A stretch of 47,051 nucleotides of DNA from Kiritimatiellia bacterium (GTDB lineage: Bacteria; Verrucomicrobiota; Kiritimatiellia; RFP12; UBA1067), in NCBI GenBank assembly GCA_017650345.1, contig JAGCFB010000045.1:1-47051 (forward strand), written 5' to 3'. Under the pieces are notes generated by a model. The model was not told the DNA's origin. It made no database searches and was given only the letters and a program-made list of their open reading frames with translations. The position numbers were made by a program, and so were the translations under genes. This document shows, piece by piece, positions 27,901 through 37,217 of this stretch. Each line of letters opens with the position of its first letter. The stretch's first letter is position 1.

Positions 27901-30647
27901 GCCTCGACATAAAGAACGTGCGCGTGATCGACGGCGGCGTGTTCCGCGACTGCAAAAGGCTGAACGAGATGAAGGCGAATCCCGGGAACCTCACGTATTT
28001 CTTGAAGGACGGCGTTCTTTACGACAGGGTGACGCGACGCCTCGTCTTCGCCCCGCGTTCGCTGACGGAGATCAAGTTCCCGCGCGGAATCGAGGGAATC
28101 TACGAATGTGCGTTCCAGCATGGACAGGTAAAGTCGGTGGTCTTTCCTGAGACCGTGAACTATGTCGGACACTCCGCGTTCAACGAATGCACCATGCTCG
28201 AGAGCGTCGAGTTCAAGTGCGAGGACGCTCGGATCGACGGCTGGGCGTTCGGGCGTTCGCCGAAGCTGGCGAAGGTCGTCCTCCCGAGCCGGCTGACGAA
28301 GCTGGACGACTGGTCGATATTCGAGGACGACGGACAGCTGGAGTCCGTCGAGCTTCCCGACACGGTGGAGGTGCTTGGCGATTCCGTGTTCAAGAAATGC
28401 CGCAAGCTCAGGAAGGTGACTCTGGGGAAGTCGCTGAAGACCATACGCCACCGCGCTTTCAATGGATGCAGCCGTTTGGAGTCCGTGACGCTCCCGCCCA
28501 CTGTGGAGGAGCTTGGCGACGGCGTGTTCTCGTACTGTCCGGCGCTGAAGACCGTGCGGTTCAAGGGGAACTGCCCGAAGACCGGAAACGACCTCTACAA
28601 GGAGTCGCATCCGTTCCTCAACACGGTCGTGGACAAGGAGGCGCAGGGCTGGGCGAAGGTGGTCAACCAGCGCGGACGCTGGCCTCTCGACGCCGGCGGC
28701 GACTCGCGGACCGTCAGGTATGCGACCAAGTCCGAACTTGCGGCGGAGGACAAGGCGGAAAGCGCCAGGCCTAAGACGTCCGCCGTGACGCGCGAAGTCC
28801 CGGTCGGCAGCGTTCCGATCGAGTTTCGCGTCGATGTCGAGAAGCTGCGGAAGCGATACAAGGGCCGGAACGGCGGCAAGGGGGATGGAAGAATCGTGTT
28901 TGGACGGCTCAATGTCGAGGACGGCACGGCGGAGGACGTGGCGACCTGGGCATGGCTCAACAAGGACGGAACCTTCACCGCTGCTGCGATAATGGCGGCG
29001 CGGAACGGGATCGTGTTCATGAAGAACGGATACGAGCCGCTGACGGTCCAGGTCGCGGAGGCCAGGCAGCAGTGGCGCGACGACGTCGCCGTCGATCTAG
29101 GCACGGTGACGCTCAGGAAGCTTGCGGACGACAGGACGGCCGCTTTTTCGGTGACGCCGGTGCTTCCGGACGGAGTTGACGGCGGACGGCTGACGCTGAC
29201 GCTTGAGAACAGGAATCCGTGCGGAAACGACTGGGGGACCGTCGGACGCGAACACCCCAACTGCGTGGTCAAGCGCGTCGATTTCAGGCGCGGCGAGAAG
29301 GTCACGGTTCCGGGGTGCGCGCCTGCGTCGCACGCCTTCACCATCGAGGCCCAGGGCTGCCCGGTGTATTCCGGCAAGATCAATCTGTCGTCCGGCGGGA
29401 ACGACGCAGGCGAACGCAGGCTGTTCCGCACTAAGACGGCGGTGTTCGCCATCCGTCCGTGCGACGAGCGCGGCGGGCAGTGGGTGCGCAGGAGCGTCGC
29501 GATCGACGGGAACAACGCGCTTCTCCTGAAGGAGGGCGGCGACGGATACAACAACAAGTGCCGGTTCTTCTTCAACGCCTACACCGATTCCCCCAAGGAC
29601 GTCGCCAGCCATTTCGGATGGGGTCCGAACGAGTACAGGGACCTTGGCGAGATGACCGTCGAAGAGCTGGAGCGGCGCGAAAAGGCCGGGGAGTCTCCTG
29701 CGGACGGCGCCGTCAAGTGCGGCAGCCGGCTGACGGCGGGCCACATATACCGCTTTGCGGAAAGGTATCATTGGAAGATCGACCTGCTGGTCGCCTTCGA
29801 GTCGTACGGCGACGGCTCCGACGAGCCGGTTCCCGACGGGAACGGAATCTACACCACGCATGTCAACGGCTACGACTGGAAGTACAGGCTGGACGGGGAC
29901 GGGAACGCGATGCTGTGCGGACCGAACGAAACGACGCCGTGCGTGAGTCCGAAGCCTACGGGCGAGCTGGTCGTCCCCGACGCCATCCACGGACACAAGG
30001 TCACTACGATATCGCCGCTTGCGTTCCGCTTCTGCGACAAGATGACCAGGATCGTGCTTCCGGCGCATCTCGAGAACCTGACATGGTTCTGCGCCGGGAA
30101 CATCTTCAGCAGCTGCCACGCCCTGGCGTCCATCGAGATATCCGACTCCAACGCCCGATGCGCGTCCGAAGGCGGAGCGCTCTACACAAAGGACAAGAAG
30201 ACGCTCCTCGCATATCCGAAGAGCCGCGACAGGGTGACGCTCGCCAAGGAGACGACGGCCATCGGAAGCGACGCCTTCAGCAGCTGCATGTTCAAGACGG
30301 TGGAGCTGCCTGAGGGGATCGAGCGTGTCCAGTCGTGGGCGTTCTGCGTCTGCCCGAATCTCGAGGAGGTCGAATTCCCCAAGAGCCTCAAGAGCGTGGG
30401 GTGCACGCTGTTCCACACCTCGCCAAGCCTGCGGAGCGTCGTCTTCCGCGGCGATGCGCCTTCGGTCGAGGAAGGCGGCGGGGAGAGCCTGTTTTCGAGG
30501 GCGCCCGGCGGGCTCACGATACAGGCGGAACGCGGATCGAAGGGGTGGAACGGACCGGGGACGGCCGGCCTGCCGGACCGCTGGCCTTTGGGCTCGGTCG
30601 GCGGTTCGCGTCCGATAGCTTACAAACAATACGACAAGGTGGATTGA
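24945..30647 (+). CDS. giant membrane Ser/Thr protein kinase with extracellular BspA-type LRR blocks and a galactose-binding-like domain
   Basis: Hanks kinase motifs GRGGMGEVY, AAKIM, HRDIKPDNILF, DLGIAK, GTPAYMAPE. One TM segment (ILPAIGIAAASVAFAALLFFAI). Three LRR_5/BspA-like blocks, each closed by a GSKGWNGPG..LP.RWP-like motif. A GH2-N-like sugar-binding segment (WAYSF..W..A..GFG...). ATG at 24945 is in frame within the 2339-aa track ORF. Confidence 0.85.
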   Translation: MADGGDGLLKVGGKFGDYDVIKLLGRGGMGEVYLLRSPADGEFYAAKIMFPPKGGNAHEMRRRFANEATIAMKVLHKNLIRVYDVGEDPETHLCYILMEYLGGGSLADRIRKSGSLPVRDAVGITMEVALALEASHRAGIIHRDIKPDNILFSDDGTPKLVDLGIAKLDDGSSTTMTMTGVIIGTPAYMAPEQMMDSHNVDARADVYSLGVVLYEMLSGTRPNSGSTAMELLAKAVRGEELPDVRTLRPEVSATLGYVLSRMTAVKAENRIASAIEAAKMLRDAFTGELRPPLASKRPHLIKTTKSILPAIGIAAASVAFAALLFFAIRGMRQTAAAPQFVTNVVSRVVYTNAVADARAEAAEEVRKDDAPVDGTDAVVSGPDADGLYSAHVGRYKWFFKKNGGRATLEKHKNGDSNLPCIEPWPVGRLVIPANIGGCCVAGIGDEAFAYCGDMTEAVLPDGLETVGRSAFLWSGLTTLSLPPSLREVGAFAFAARPLETLDIGSCCNLGQLCFSGCGNLRKVAVARDNPSFIVDGLSIYSRDGKELVKYLDYKSPTFRLRRGVERLLTYSIADVKLDKEETVTVPEGVTDIRDVAFWGQDKVQTLVLPKSVKRIGHWIAYNCPRLKTIRFLGDAPEAAVKALQGASNELVVEVMRGSKGWNGPGSTDLPERWPVNAGDLAYPIRYVGETEAEASARLGKLDAALPMSDGNATVLFPRLDRDSNAWAYSFSDEKGWTERDFDDSRWNRAQGGFGKRDVQTQLRHARINTEWKSGRIFLRRHFNWSGGDVSRAVVDLFHDDDVVLYLNGTRILQAAGADFDWLPREIPVEQFAAALRTGDNVFCAEVVNKWHCAYFDCGLLVECGGEVERPGSVSDGVRKVKTAAGTWTVKVANGAAQIGDGQGPALSPLPSGLLEIPSVLDGLKIKRLAARSFRDCKNLKSVKIKEGVRAIDYQAFCNCNALESLDIPETLEWIGGEALSSTALKSLDIKNVRVIDGGVFRDCKRLNEMKANPGNLTYFLKDGVLYDRVTRRLVFAPRSLTEIKFPRGIEGIYECAFQHGQVKSVVFPETVNYVGHSAFNECTMLESVEFKCEDARIDGWAFGRSPKLAKVVLPSRLTKLDDWSIFEDDGQLESVELPDTVEVLGDSVFKKCRKLRKVTLGKSLKTIRHRAFNGCSRLESVTLPPTVEELGDGVFSYCPALKTVRFKGNCPKTGNDLYKESHPFLNTVVDKEAQGWAKVVNQRGRWPLDAGGDSRTVRYATKSELAAEDKAESARPKTSAVTREVPVGSVPIEFRVDVEKLRKRYKGRNGGKGDGRIVFGRLNVEDGTAEDVATWAWLNKDGTFTAAAIMAARNGIVFMKNGYEPLTVQVAEARQQWRDDVAVDLGTVTLRKLADDRTAAFSVTPVLPDGVDGGRLTLTLENRNPCGNDWGTVGREHPNCVVKRVDFRRGEKVTVPGCAPASHAFTIEAQGCPVYSGKINLSSGGNDAGERRLFRTKTAVFAIRPCDERGGQWVRRSVAIDGNNALLLKEGGDGYNNKCRFFFNAYTDSPKDVASHFGWGPNEYRDLGEMTVEELERREKAGESPADGAVKCGSRLTAGHIYRFAERYHWKIDLLVAFESYGDGSDEPVPDGNGIYTTHVNGYDWKYRLDGDGNAMLCGPNETTPCVSPKPTGELVVPDAIHGHKVTTISPLAFRFCDKMTRIVLPAHLENLTWFCAGNIFSSCHALASIEISDSNARCASEGGALYTKDKKTLLAYPKSRDRVTLAKETTAIGSDAFSSCMFKTVELPEGIERVQSWAFCVCPNLEEVEFPKSLKSVGCTLFHTSPSLRSVVFRGDAPSVEEGGGESLFSRAPGGLTIQAERGSKGWNGPGTAGLPDRWPLGSVGGSRPIAYKQYDKVD

Positions 30648-30650
30648 ACC

Positions 30651-31748
30651 ATGACGGACGAAATATTCCAGACGGGCGAAAACTTTCGCGGATACGTGAT
30701 CGAGAAGCTTCTCGGGAAGGGCGGACTCGGCGCCGTGTACCTTGCCCGGCATGAGCTGATGGACCAGCAGTTCGCGATAAAGATTCTATATCCCAACGTC
30801 GCCCGCGAGAAGCCCGAGTATGTCAGGCGCTTCGTGCGCGAGGCGAGGATCGCCGCCAAGATAAGCCATCCGAACCTGGTGTCCGTCCACAACGTCGGAT
30901 ACGACAACATCAAGGACGTGTACTTCCTCGTCATGGACTACGTTGACGGGAGCGACCTGCGCACGGCTATCGCCATGGGCGGCGCGATGGACCCCAGGGA
31001 GGCGCTGCGCATCGTCTCGTCCGTCGCGAAGGCGCTTGCCGCGGGCGAGCCCTACGGGATCGTCCACCGCGACATAAAGCCGGAGAACATAATGCTCACG
31101 CAGGACGGGCACGTCAAGCTGGTCGATCTCGGCGTGGCGAAGGCATCCGGCACCGATTCCCTCAAGACGATGGCCAAGACGGTGTTCGGAACGCCGAACT
31201 ACATCTCGCCGGAGCAGGCGCAGGACTCCAGCCAGGTGGACTCCCGGGCGGACGTCTATTCGCTCGGCATCGTCCTCTTCGAGATGCTCGCCGGGCGGCG
31301 TCCGTACGACTGCAAGAGGGCGTCCGACGTCCTCCAGATGCTCCTCTCGGACGAGAAGATCCCGGACGTGAGGACATTCGCGCCGGACGTCTCGCCGGCG
31401 CTGGCGTCGCTCGTCGCGCGGATGTGCGAGAAGGACCTGGACAAGCGCATCGCGTCCGCCTCGAAGGTGCTCGACGAGATAGCCATGCTGGACATCGTCA
31501 TCGAGGACGAGGATTCGGAGGACGACGGACTCAGGGACGCGGACACGGGCAGGACGTTCACTTACTCCTACTACCTCTCCGGGGAGGCGAAGCCGAACAA
31601 CGAGCCCTTCGTGACGAAGGACGAGGAGATCATGTCGTTCCTTGCGGACCGCGACGCGAAGAAGCGGATGCGCCGGATACTGAAGACGGCGGCGCTGATC
31701 GCGGCCATCGCGCTCGCAATCCTCGCTCTCGCGTTGCTGGTGTTCTGA
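30651..31748 (+). CDS. Ser/Thr protein kinase with C-terminal membrane anchor
   Basis: GKGGLGAVY, AIKIL, HRDIKPENIML, DLGVAK, GTPNYISPEQ. C-terminal TM segment AALIAAIALAILALALLVF. It starts 4 nt after the giant kinase stop. Confidence 0.9.
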   Translation: MTDEIFQTGENFRGYVIEKLLGKGGLGAVYLARHELMDQQFAIKILYPNVAREKPEYVRRFVREARIAAKISHPNLVSVHNVGYDNIKDVYFLVMDYVDGSDLRTAIAMGGAMDPREALRIVSSVAKALAAGEPYGIVHRDIKPENIMLTQDGHVKLVDLGVAKASGTDSLKTMAKTVFGTPNYISPEQAQDSSQVDSRADVYSLGIVLFEMLAGRRPYDCKRASDVLQMLLSDEKIPDVRTFAPDVSPALASLVARMCEKDLDKRIASASKVLDEIAMLDIVIEDEDSEDDGLRDADTGRTFTYSYYLSGEAKPNNEPFVTKDEEIMSFLADRDAKKRMRRILKTAALIAAIALAILALALLVF

Positions 31749-31762
31749 TCCGCGACTCCTCA

Positions 31763-32521
31763 ATGAGCAAGTACAGGGTAGTCATAGCGTACGACGGAAC
31801 GGCGTTCTCCGGGTGGCAGTTCCAGGAGAACGCGCTCGGAATCCAGCAGGTCGTCGAGGAGGCGCTCGCCTACCTCGAGGGCGGACCGGTCCGCGTTTAC
31901 GGAAGCTCGCGCACGGACGCGGGCGTGCATGCGGCGGGATTCGTCGCGCACTTCCGCCTCACCAAGCCGATTCCGCCGAAGAACCTCGTGCGCGCGGCGA
32001 ACTCGCGCCTGCCGGAGTCCGTCCGCATCCTCAAGGCCGCCTACGCGCGCGAGGACTTCGACGCGCGCCTTTCGGCGAAGGGCAAGGAGTACCGCTACCA
32101 GCTGTACCAGGCGGACATCATGCCGCCGCATCTCGTGCCGTACTGGACGTTCTGCCACCGTCCGCTCGACCTCGACGCGATGCGGCGCGCGGCGGCTTAT
32201 TTCGTCGGACGCCACGACTTCGTTTCTTTCGCGGCGAACCCCAACCGCGTGCTGGAGACCACTGTGCGCACGATCTTCTCGTTCGACATCCGCCGCTCCG
32301 GCCACCGCTACACGTTCGTCGTCCGCGGAGACGGCTTCCTCTACAAGCAGGTGCGCTCCATGGTGGGCTTCCTCCTGTCCGTCGGAAAGGGCAACGAGCG
32401 TCCGGAGGCGGTGAAGGAGCTCCTGGATGCCGCGACGCCGCGCACGGCGCGCGTGGAGACGGCCCCGCCGCGCGGACTCTTCCTGTGGAAGGTGTTCTAC
32501 CGGGAGCGTGATTTATGCTAG
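31763..32521 (+). CDS. truA: tRNA pseudouridine(38-40) synthase TruA
   Basis: YRVVIAYDGTAFSGWQFQ, GSSRTDAGVHA (catalytic Asp), GRHDFVSF, and FLYKQVRSMVG. Confidence 0.92.
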   Translation: MSKYRVVIAYDGTAFSGWQFQENALGIQQVVEEALAYLEGGPVRVYGSSRTDAGVHAAGFVAHFRLTKPIPPKNLVRAANSRLPESVRILKAAYAREDFDARLSAKGKEYRYQLYQADIMPPHLVPYWTFCHRPLDLDAMRRAAAYFVGRHDFVSFAANPNRVLETTVRTIFSFDIRRSGHRYTFVVRGDGFLYKQVRSMVGFLLSVGKGNERPEAVKELLDAATPRTARVETAPPRGLFLWKVFYRERDLC

Positions 32522-32524
32522 AAT
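32516..32524 (+). promoter_or_regulatory. possible extended -10 (TGCTAGAAT) for sdaA
   Basis: TGCTAGAAT overlaps the truA stop, about 31 nt upstream of the sdaA ATG. A strong SD (AAGGAGG) lies at 32541-32547. Confidence 0.3.
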
Positions 32525-32555
32525 ATTCGCAAGACCCCAAAAGGAGGACAACAGG

Positions 32556-33758
32556 ATGAAATCGCTGCGAGAGCTTTACAGGATCGGACGCGGACCCAGT
32601 TCGAGCCACACGATGGGTCCGTCGTTCGCGGCGCTCGAGTTCCTCGCCCGCACGAAGGGCAAGGGGGCGGTCCGCTACGAGGTTGAGCTCCACGACTCCC
32701 TCGCGGCGACCGGTAAGGGGCACTTCACGGACCGCGCAGTCAAGGACGTCCTCGGCGAGCGGCGCACGAAGATAGTGTGGATCCCCGACGTCGGCGACAC
32801 ATTCCATCCTAACGGCATGCGCTTCTCTGCGTTCGACGCGGACGGCGCGAGGGTCGCGGAGTGGACGGTCTATTCCGTCGGCGGCGGCGCCATATGCGAG
32901 AAGGGGCGCGAGGTGCAGGCGAAGGAGGTCTATCGCCAGAAGAGCATGACGGAGATCCTCGACGCGGCGACCCGCACCGGCACGCCGCTCTGGCAGATAG
33001 TCGATGACGCGGAGGGACCGGACATCTGGGACTACCTGCAGCGCGTCTATTCGACGATGATGACGGCGATCCACCGCGGACTCGCGGCGGACGGCGTGCT
33101 GCCGGGCGGACTCAGGATACCCAGGAAGGCGCGCGCGATATACATCAAATCCAAGATGCAGGCCGAGAACATGCGCCGCACGGGGCTCCTCGTCGCCTAC
33201 GCGCACGCGGTCAGCGAGGAGAACGCCGCGCTCGGCGAGATCGTGACCGCCCCTACTTGCGGATCGTGCGGAGTGCTGCCGTCCGTCCTGCGCTACCTGC
33301 GCGAGTCGCTCGGAAGCTCGGAGATCGAGCTCATCCGCGCGCTTGCCGTGGCCGGGCTCGTGGGCAACGTCGTCAAGCGCAACGGCTCCATCTCCGGTGC
33401 GGAGGTCGGATGCCAGGGCGAGGTCGGCGTCGCGTGCGCGATGGCGAGCGCGGCGGCTGCGTACCTGATGGGGGGAAGTCCGCGCCAGTGCGAATGCGCG
33501 GCGGAGATCGGACTAGAGCACTTCCTCGGGCTCACATGCGACCCGGTGAAGGGGCTGGTGCAGATTCCGTGCATCGAAAGGAACGCCCTCGCCGCGACGC
33601 GAGCCGTCGTAGCCGGCGAGATGAGCGTCCTTTCGGACGGCGCGCACGTCGTGTCGTTCGACACGGTCGTGAAGACCATGCTCGAGACGGGGCACGACCT
33701 GCCGCGCCTGTACCGCGAGACGTCCGTCGGCGGACTCTCCCGGTTCGTGCGCCGCTGA
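32556..33758 (+). CDS. sdaA: L-serine ammonia-lyase (iron-sulfur dependent, fused beta+alpha)
   Basis: MKSLRELYRIGRGPSSSHTMGP at the N-terminus. Alpha-domain motifs TAPTCGSCGVLP, GAEVGCQGEVGVACAMA, LGLTCDPV. Confidence 0.88.
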   Translation: MKSLRELYRIGRGPSSSHTMGPSFAALEFLARTKGKGAVRYEVELHDSLAATGKGHFTDRAVKDVLGERRTKIVWIPDVGDTFHPNGMRFSAFDADGARVAEWTVYSVGGGAICEKGREVQAKEVYRQKSMTEILDAATRTGTPLWQIVDDAEGPDIWDYLQRVYSTMMTAIHRGLAADGVLPGGLRIPRKARAIYIKSKMQAENMRRTGLLVAYAHAVSEENAALGEIVTAPTCGSCGVLPSVLRYLRESLGSSEIELIRALAVAGLVGNVVKRNGSISGAEVGCQGEVGVACAMASAAAAYLMGGSPRQCECAAEIGLEHFLGLTCDPVKGLVQIPCIERNALAATRAVVAGEMSVLSDGAHVVSFDTVVKTMLETGHDLPRLYRETSVGGLSRFVRR

Positions 33759-33774
33759 AGCGCGGCGCGCGCTT
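33758..33774. terminator. short bidirectional hairpin between convergent sdaA and the ACT gene
   Basis: AAGCGCG-gcg-CGCGCTT, a 7-bp stem in the 19-nt gap between two convergent stop codons. Confidence 0.3.
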
Positions 33775-33777
33775 GCG

Positions 33778-34164
33778 CTACGCGAGGGCGGCCTCCGCCT
33801 TCGCGTTGTCGTCGAACTTGAAGACGAGCACGGCCTTGTCGCCCTGTCCGAGCGCGTAGGCGTAGGAGTACTCGATATCGACCTCTGCCGCGTCGAGCCT
33901 CTCCATGATCTCCGCCATGCCGCCGGGGCGGTCCGGGACGGTGACCATTACGACGTCCGTCTGGATGACGGCGAAGCCGGCCCTGCCGAGCACCTCGCAT
34001 CCCTTGACGTGGTCGTCAACTATCATGCGGACGATCCCGAAGTCCGCCGAGTCCGCGAGCGACAGCGTCGCGATGTTGACGTTCTCCTTAGCGAGCGCGC
34101 GGCAGATCGATGCGAGCTGTCCGGGCTTGTTCTCAAGAAAGATGCTTATCTGCTTGACTGTCAT
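33778..34164 (-). CDS. ACT domain-containing protein (PaaK-associated)
   Basis: 128 aa. Two ACT-like halves (ISIFLENKPGQLASICRALAKENVNI; VTVPDRPGGMAEIMERLDAAEVDI). SD GGAGGA upstream. The gene starts 2 nt after the paaK stop. Confidence 0.8.
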   Translation of the reverse strand: MTVKQISIFLENKPGQLASICRALAKENVNIATLSLADSADFGIVRMIVDDHVKGCEVLGRAGFAVIQTDVVMVTVPDRPGGMAEIMERLDAAEVDIEYSYAYALGQGDKAVLVFKFDDNAKAEAALA

Positions 34165-34166
34165 TT

Positions 34167-35468
34167 TCACTTCCTCCTGTTGTCGATTACGCGCTTGATC
34201 TTGCCTTCGCTCCTCGGAAGCGAGCCGGGGGCGACGAGCATGATCTTCGGGGAGAGCCCGACGATCTCCTTGATGGACGCGGCGACGCGCTTGCGGACGG
34301 CCTCCATGGCGGACATGGAGTCGGACATGGTCTCGGCGGTGACCTCCACCTTGATCTCGAAGCGGTCCATGGTGTCCGTCGAGGACAGCTCGATCATGTA
34401 GTGCGGCGCGACCTCGGGGACCTTCATGAGGGATGCCTCGATCTGGCTCGGGAACACGTTGACGCCGTGGATGATGAGCATGTCGTCCGAACGCGCGTGC
34501 ACGCGGTCCATGACGCGCATGGTCCTGCCGCAGGGGCACTGCCCGGTCTGGAGGCGGGAGAGGTCGCGCGTGCGGTAGCGGACCATCGGCGTGCCGCGGC
34601 GGTCGAGGGTCGTGAAGACGAGTTCGCCCTCCTCGCCGTCGGGCAGGACCTCCAGCGTGTCGGGGTCGATGATCTCGGGGTAGAAGTGGTCCTCCCAGAC
34701 GTGGAGTCCGTGGCAGTGCGGACAGTTGCCCGCGACGCCGGGTCCGGCGATCTCGGTGAGTCCGTAGATGTCGTGGGCCTGGATGCCGGACATCCCCTCG
34801 ATGCGCTCGCGTATCTCGTCCGTCCATGGCTCAGCGCCGAAGACGCCGTGCTTGAGCTTCGTGTCGCGGCGGAAATCGACGCCCAGCTTTTCGGCGACGG
34901 TGGCGAGGTGGAGGAAGTAGCTCGGCGTGCAGCAGATGACGGTGACGCCGAGGTCCTTCATGAGCATGATCTGCTTCTCGGTGTTGCCGGCGCCGGTGGG
35001 AAGGACGGCGCAGCCAAGCCTCTCGGCGCCGTAGTGCGCGCCGAGTCCGCCCGTGAAGAGTCCGTACCCGTAGGAGACCTGCACCACGTCGTCTTTCGTG
35101 ATCCCGTACATCGCCATGCAGCGCGCGACGCCTTCGGTCCATATCGCCACGTCGTCTGCCGTCTGCGGGATGCAGATGGGCTTTCCGGTCGTGCCGGACG
35201 AGCAGTGGAAGCGGTTGATCTCGGACATCGGAGCGGCCGTGAGCCCGAGCGGATACTCGTCGCGGAGGTCCGTCTTCTTCATGAAGGGGAACTTCGCGAG
35301 GTCGGCCAGCGTGACGAGGTCGCGCGGCTTGACGCCTTTCTCGTCGCAGCGGCGGCGGAAGAGCGGGACCCTCTCGTATTCGTAGGGGATGAGCTCCTGT
35401 AGCTTGGCGAGCTGCATCTTGCGCAGCTCCTCTACGGGCATGAAGTCTGGCTTCGATATCGGGTTCAT
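34167..35468 (-). CDS. paaK: phenylacetate-CoA ligase family protein (PaaK / F390 synthetase-like)
   Basis: CSSGTTGKP (AMP-binding P-loop), YGLTE, and RYRTRD...CPCGR. 433 aa, typical PaaK length. Confidence 0.85.
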   Translation of the reverse strand: MNPISKPDFMPVEELRKMQLAKLQELIPYEYERVPLFRRRCDEKGVKPRDLVTLADLAKFPFMKKTDLRDEYPLGLTAAPMSEINRFHCSSGTTGKPICIPQTADDVAIWTEGVARCMAMYGITKDDVVQVSYGYGLFTGGLGAHYGAERLGCAVLPTGAGNTEKQIMLMKDLGVTVICCTPSYFLHLATVAEKLGVDFRRDTKLKHGVFGAEPWTDEIRERIEGMSGIQAHDIYGLTEIAGPGVAGNCPHCHGLHVWEDHFYPEIIDPDTLEVLPDGEEGELVFTTLDRRGTPMVRYRTRDLSRLQTGQCPCGRTMRVMDRVHARSDDMLIIHGVNVFPSQIEASLMKVPEVAPHYMIELSSTDTMDRFEIKVEVTAETMSDSMSAMEAVRKRVAASIKEIVGLSPKIMLVAPGSLPRSEGKIKRVIDNRRK

Positions 35469-35499
35469 TTTGTTCGTCTCGGTTCCTTTGGTTTCACGT

Positions 35500-35508
35500 A
35501 TTATACCA
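35500..35508 (-). promoter_or_regulatory. extended -10 promoter TGGTATAAT for paaK-ACT
   Basis: The reverse complement of ATTATACCA at 35500-35508 is TGGTATAAT. It lies about 32 nt upstream of the paaK ATG at 35468. Confidence 0.5.
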
Positions 35509-35531
35509 AAAATCGCCCGTCGGCTGTGCGA

Positions 35532-37217
35532 TCAAGGTGCTGTGGACGGACAACGCTCCAGCGCGGCGGAGACGAGTCCGAGGAAGAGCGGGTGCGGGGC
35601 TGTGGGACGCGACTTGAACTCGGGATGGAACTGGCAGGCGATGAAGTATGGGTGTCCCGGAAGCTCCACGATCTCCACAAGCTTGCCGTCGGGCGACGTT
35701 CCGCTGACCTTCAGCCCAGCCTCCTCCAGCCGCTTGCGCGCCTCGCTCTCGTAGGCCAGCTCGTAGCGGTGGCGATGGCGCTCCGAGATCTGGTCCGCAT
35801 CCCCGTACAGCCTTGCCGCGAGGGAATCCGCCTTCAGCAGGCACGGATACGCCCCGAGGCGCATCGTGCCGCCTTTCTGCGTTATGCCGCGCTGCTCCTC
35901 CATGAGGTCGATGACGGGGTGGGACGTCTTTTCGTCGAACTCGGTCGAGTTGGCGTCATTCCACCCGAGCACGTCGCGGGCGTATTCGATGACGGTGCAC
36001 TGCATTCCGAGGCAGATCCCGAGGAACGGGATGCCTTGCTCGCGCGCGTACCTGATCGCCGCGATCTTGCCCTCGACGCCTCGCGAGCCAAACCCGCCGG
36101 GCACGAGGATGCCGTCGAACGCGAATGCTTTTGGGTCGTTGGACGATAGACGAGAGACGCCTCTCTCGTCTCGTGCCTCATGCCCATTGGCGTTAACGGC
36201 CTCCTCGAACTCCTCCGCCTCTATCGGCACCACCTCGACCTTGCAGTCGTTGGCCATGCCGGCGTGCTGTAGAGCCTCGTGGACCGACTTGTAGGCGTCG
36301 CGGATCGCGATGTACTTGCCGACGAGCGCGATGCGGCAGTGCCGCTTCGGCTGCGTCGCCTTGACGACGAGCGTGTCCCAGACCGTATGCTTTATCGGCC
36401 AGATGTCGAGGTGGACCTGGCGCAGCACCTGTTCGTCGAGTCCCTGCTCCCGCAGCGCGCGCGGGACGGCATATACGGAGTCCGCGACGTCCTGCTCCTC
36501 TATGACGCATTCGCGCTTCACGTTGCAGAACATTGCGAGCTTCTGCATGTGCTCCTCCGGAATCGGCATTTCCGTGCGGCAGACCAGGATGTCCGGGATG
36601 ATGCCGATGTTGCGGAGCATTCCGACGGAGTGCTGCGACGGCTTCGTCTTGAGCTCGCCGGCCGCCTTGAGGTACGGGACGAGCGTGAGATGGACGAAGC
36701 ACGTGTTTTCCGCGCCTTCCTCGAAGCGGAACTGGCGCGCGGCCTCAAGGAAGGGTAGGGACTCGATGTCGCCCGACACGCCGCCTATCTCGCAGAGCAC
36801 GATGTCGCAATCGTGCTCGCCGGCGGCGCGGATTGCGGACTTGATCTCGTCCGTGATGTGCGGGATCACCTGAACCGTTCCGCCCAGGTAGCCGCCGGCG
36901 CGCTCGCGCGCGAGGACGGCGGAGTAGATGCGCCCCGAGGTGTAGTTGGACGCCTTGGTGCAGGTGACGCCGGCGAACCGCTCGTAGTGTCCGAGATCGA
37001 GGTCCGTCTCCGCTCCGTCGTCCGTCACGAACACCTCGCCGTGCTGGTACGGCGACATCGTCCCCGGATCGACGTTGAGGTACGGGTCGAGCTTCTGCAT
37101 GAAGACCTTGTATCCCCGCGACTTGAGCAAAAGCGCGAGCGAGGCCGATGTGATTCCCTTGCCGAGCGAGCTAACCACTCCGCCGGTGATGAACACGTAT
37201 TTGACTTGCTTCTTCAT
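35532..37217 (-). CDS. pyrG: CTP synthase
   Basis: [30 protein letters not shown], and GATase motifs [30 protein letters not shown] overlap with the carA stop. It carries an extra loop of about 19 aa ([20 protein letters not shown]) relative to E. coli PyrG as I recall it. Confidence 0.95.
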   Translation of the reverse strand: MKKQVKYVFITGGVVSSLGKGITSASLALLLKSRGYKVFMQKLDPYLNVDPGTMSPYQHGEVFVTDDGAETDLDLGHYERFAGVTCTKASNYTSGRIYSAVLARERAGGYLGGTVQVIPHITDEIKSAIRAAGEHDCDIVLCEIGGVSGDIESLPFLEAARQFRFEEGAENTCFVHLTLVPYLKAAGELKTKPSQHSVGMLRNIGIIPDILVCRTEMPIPEEHMQKLAMFCNVKRECVIEEQDVADSVYAVPRALREQGLDEQVLRQVHLDIWPIKHTVWDTLVVKATQPKRHCRIALVGKYIAIRDAYKSVHEALQHAGMANDCKVEVVPIEAEEFEEAVNANGHEARDERGVSRLSSNDPKAFAFDGILVPGGFGSRGVEGKIAAIRYAREQGIPFLGICLGMQCTVIEYARDVLGWNDANSTEFDEKTSHPVIDLMEEQRGITQKGGTMRLGAYPCLLKADSLAARLYGDADQISERHRHRYELAYESEARKRLEEAGLKVSGTSPDGKLVEIVELPGHPYFIACQFHPEFKSRPTAPHPLFLGLVSAALERCPSTAP

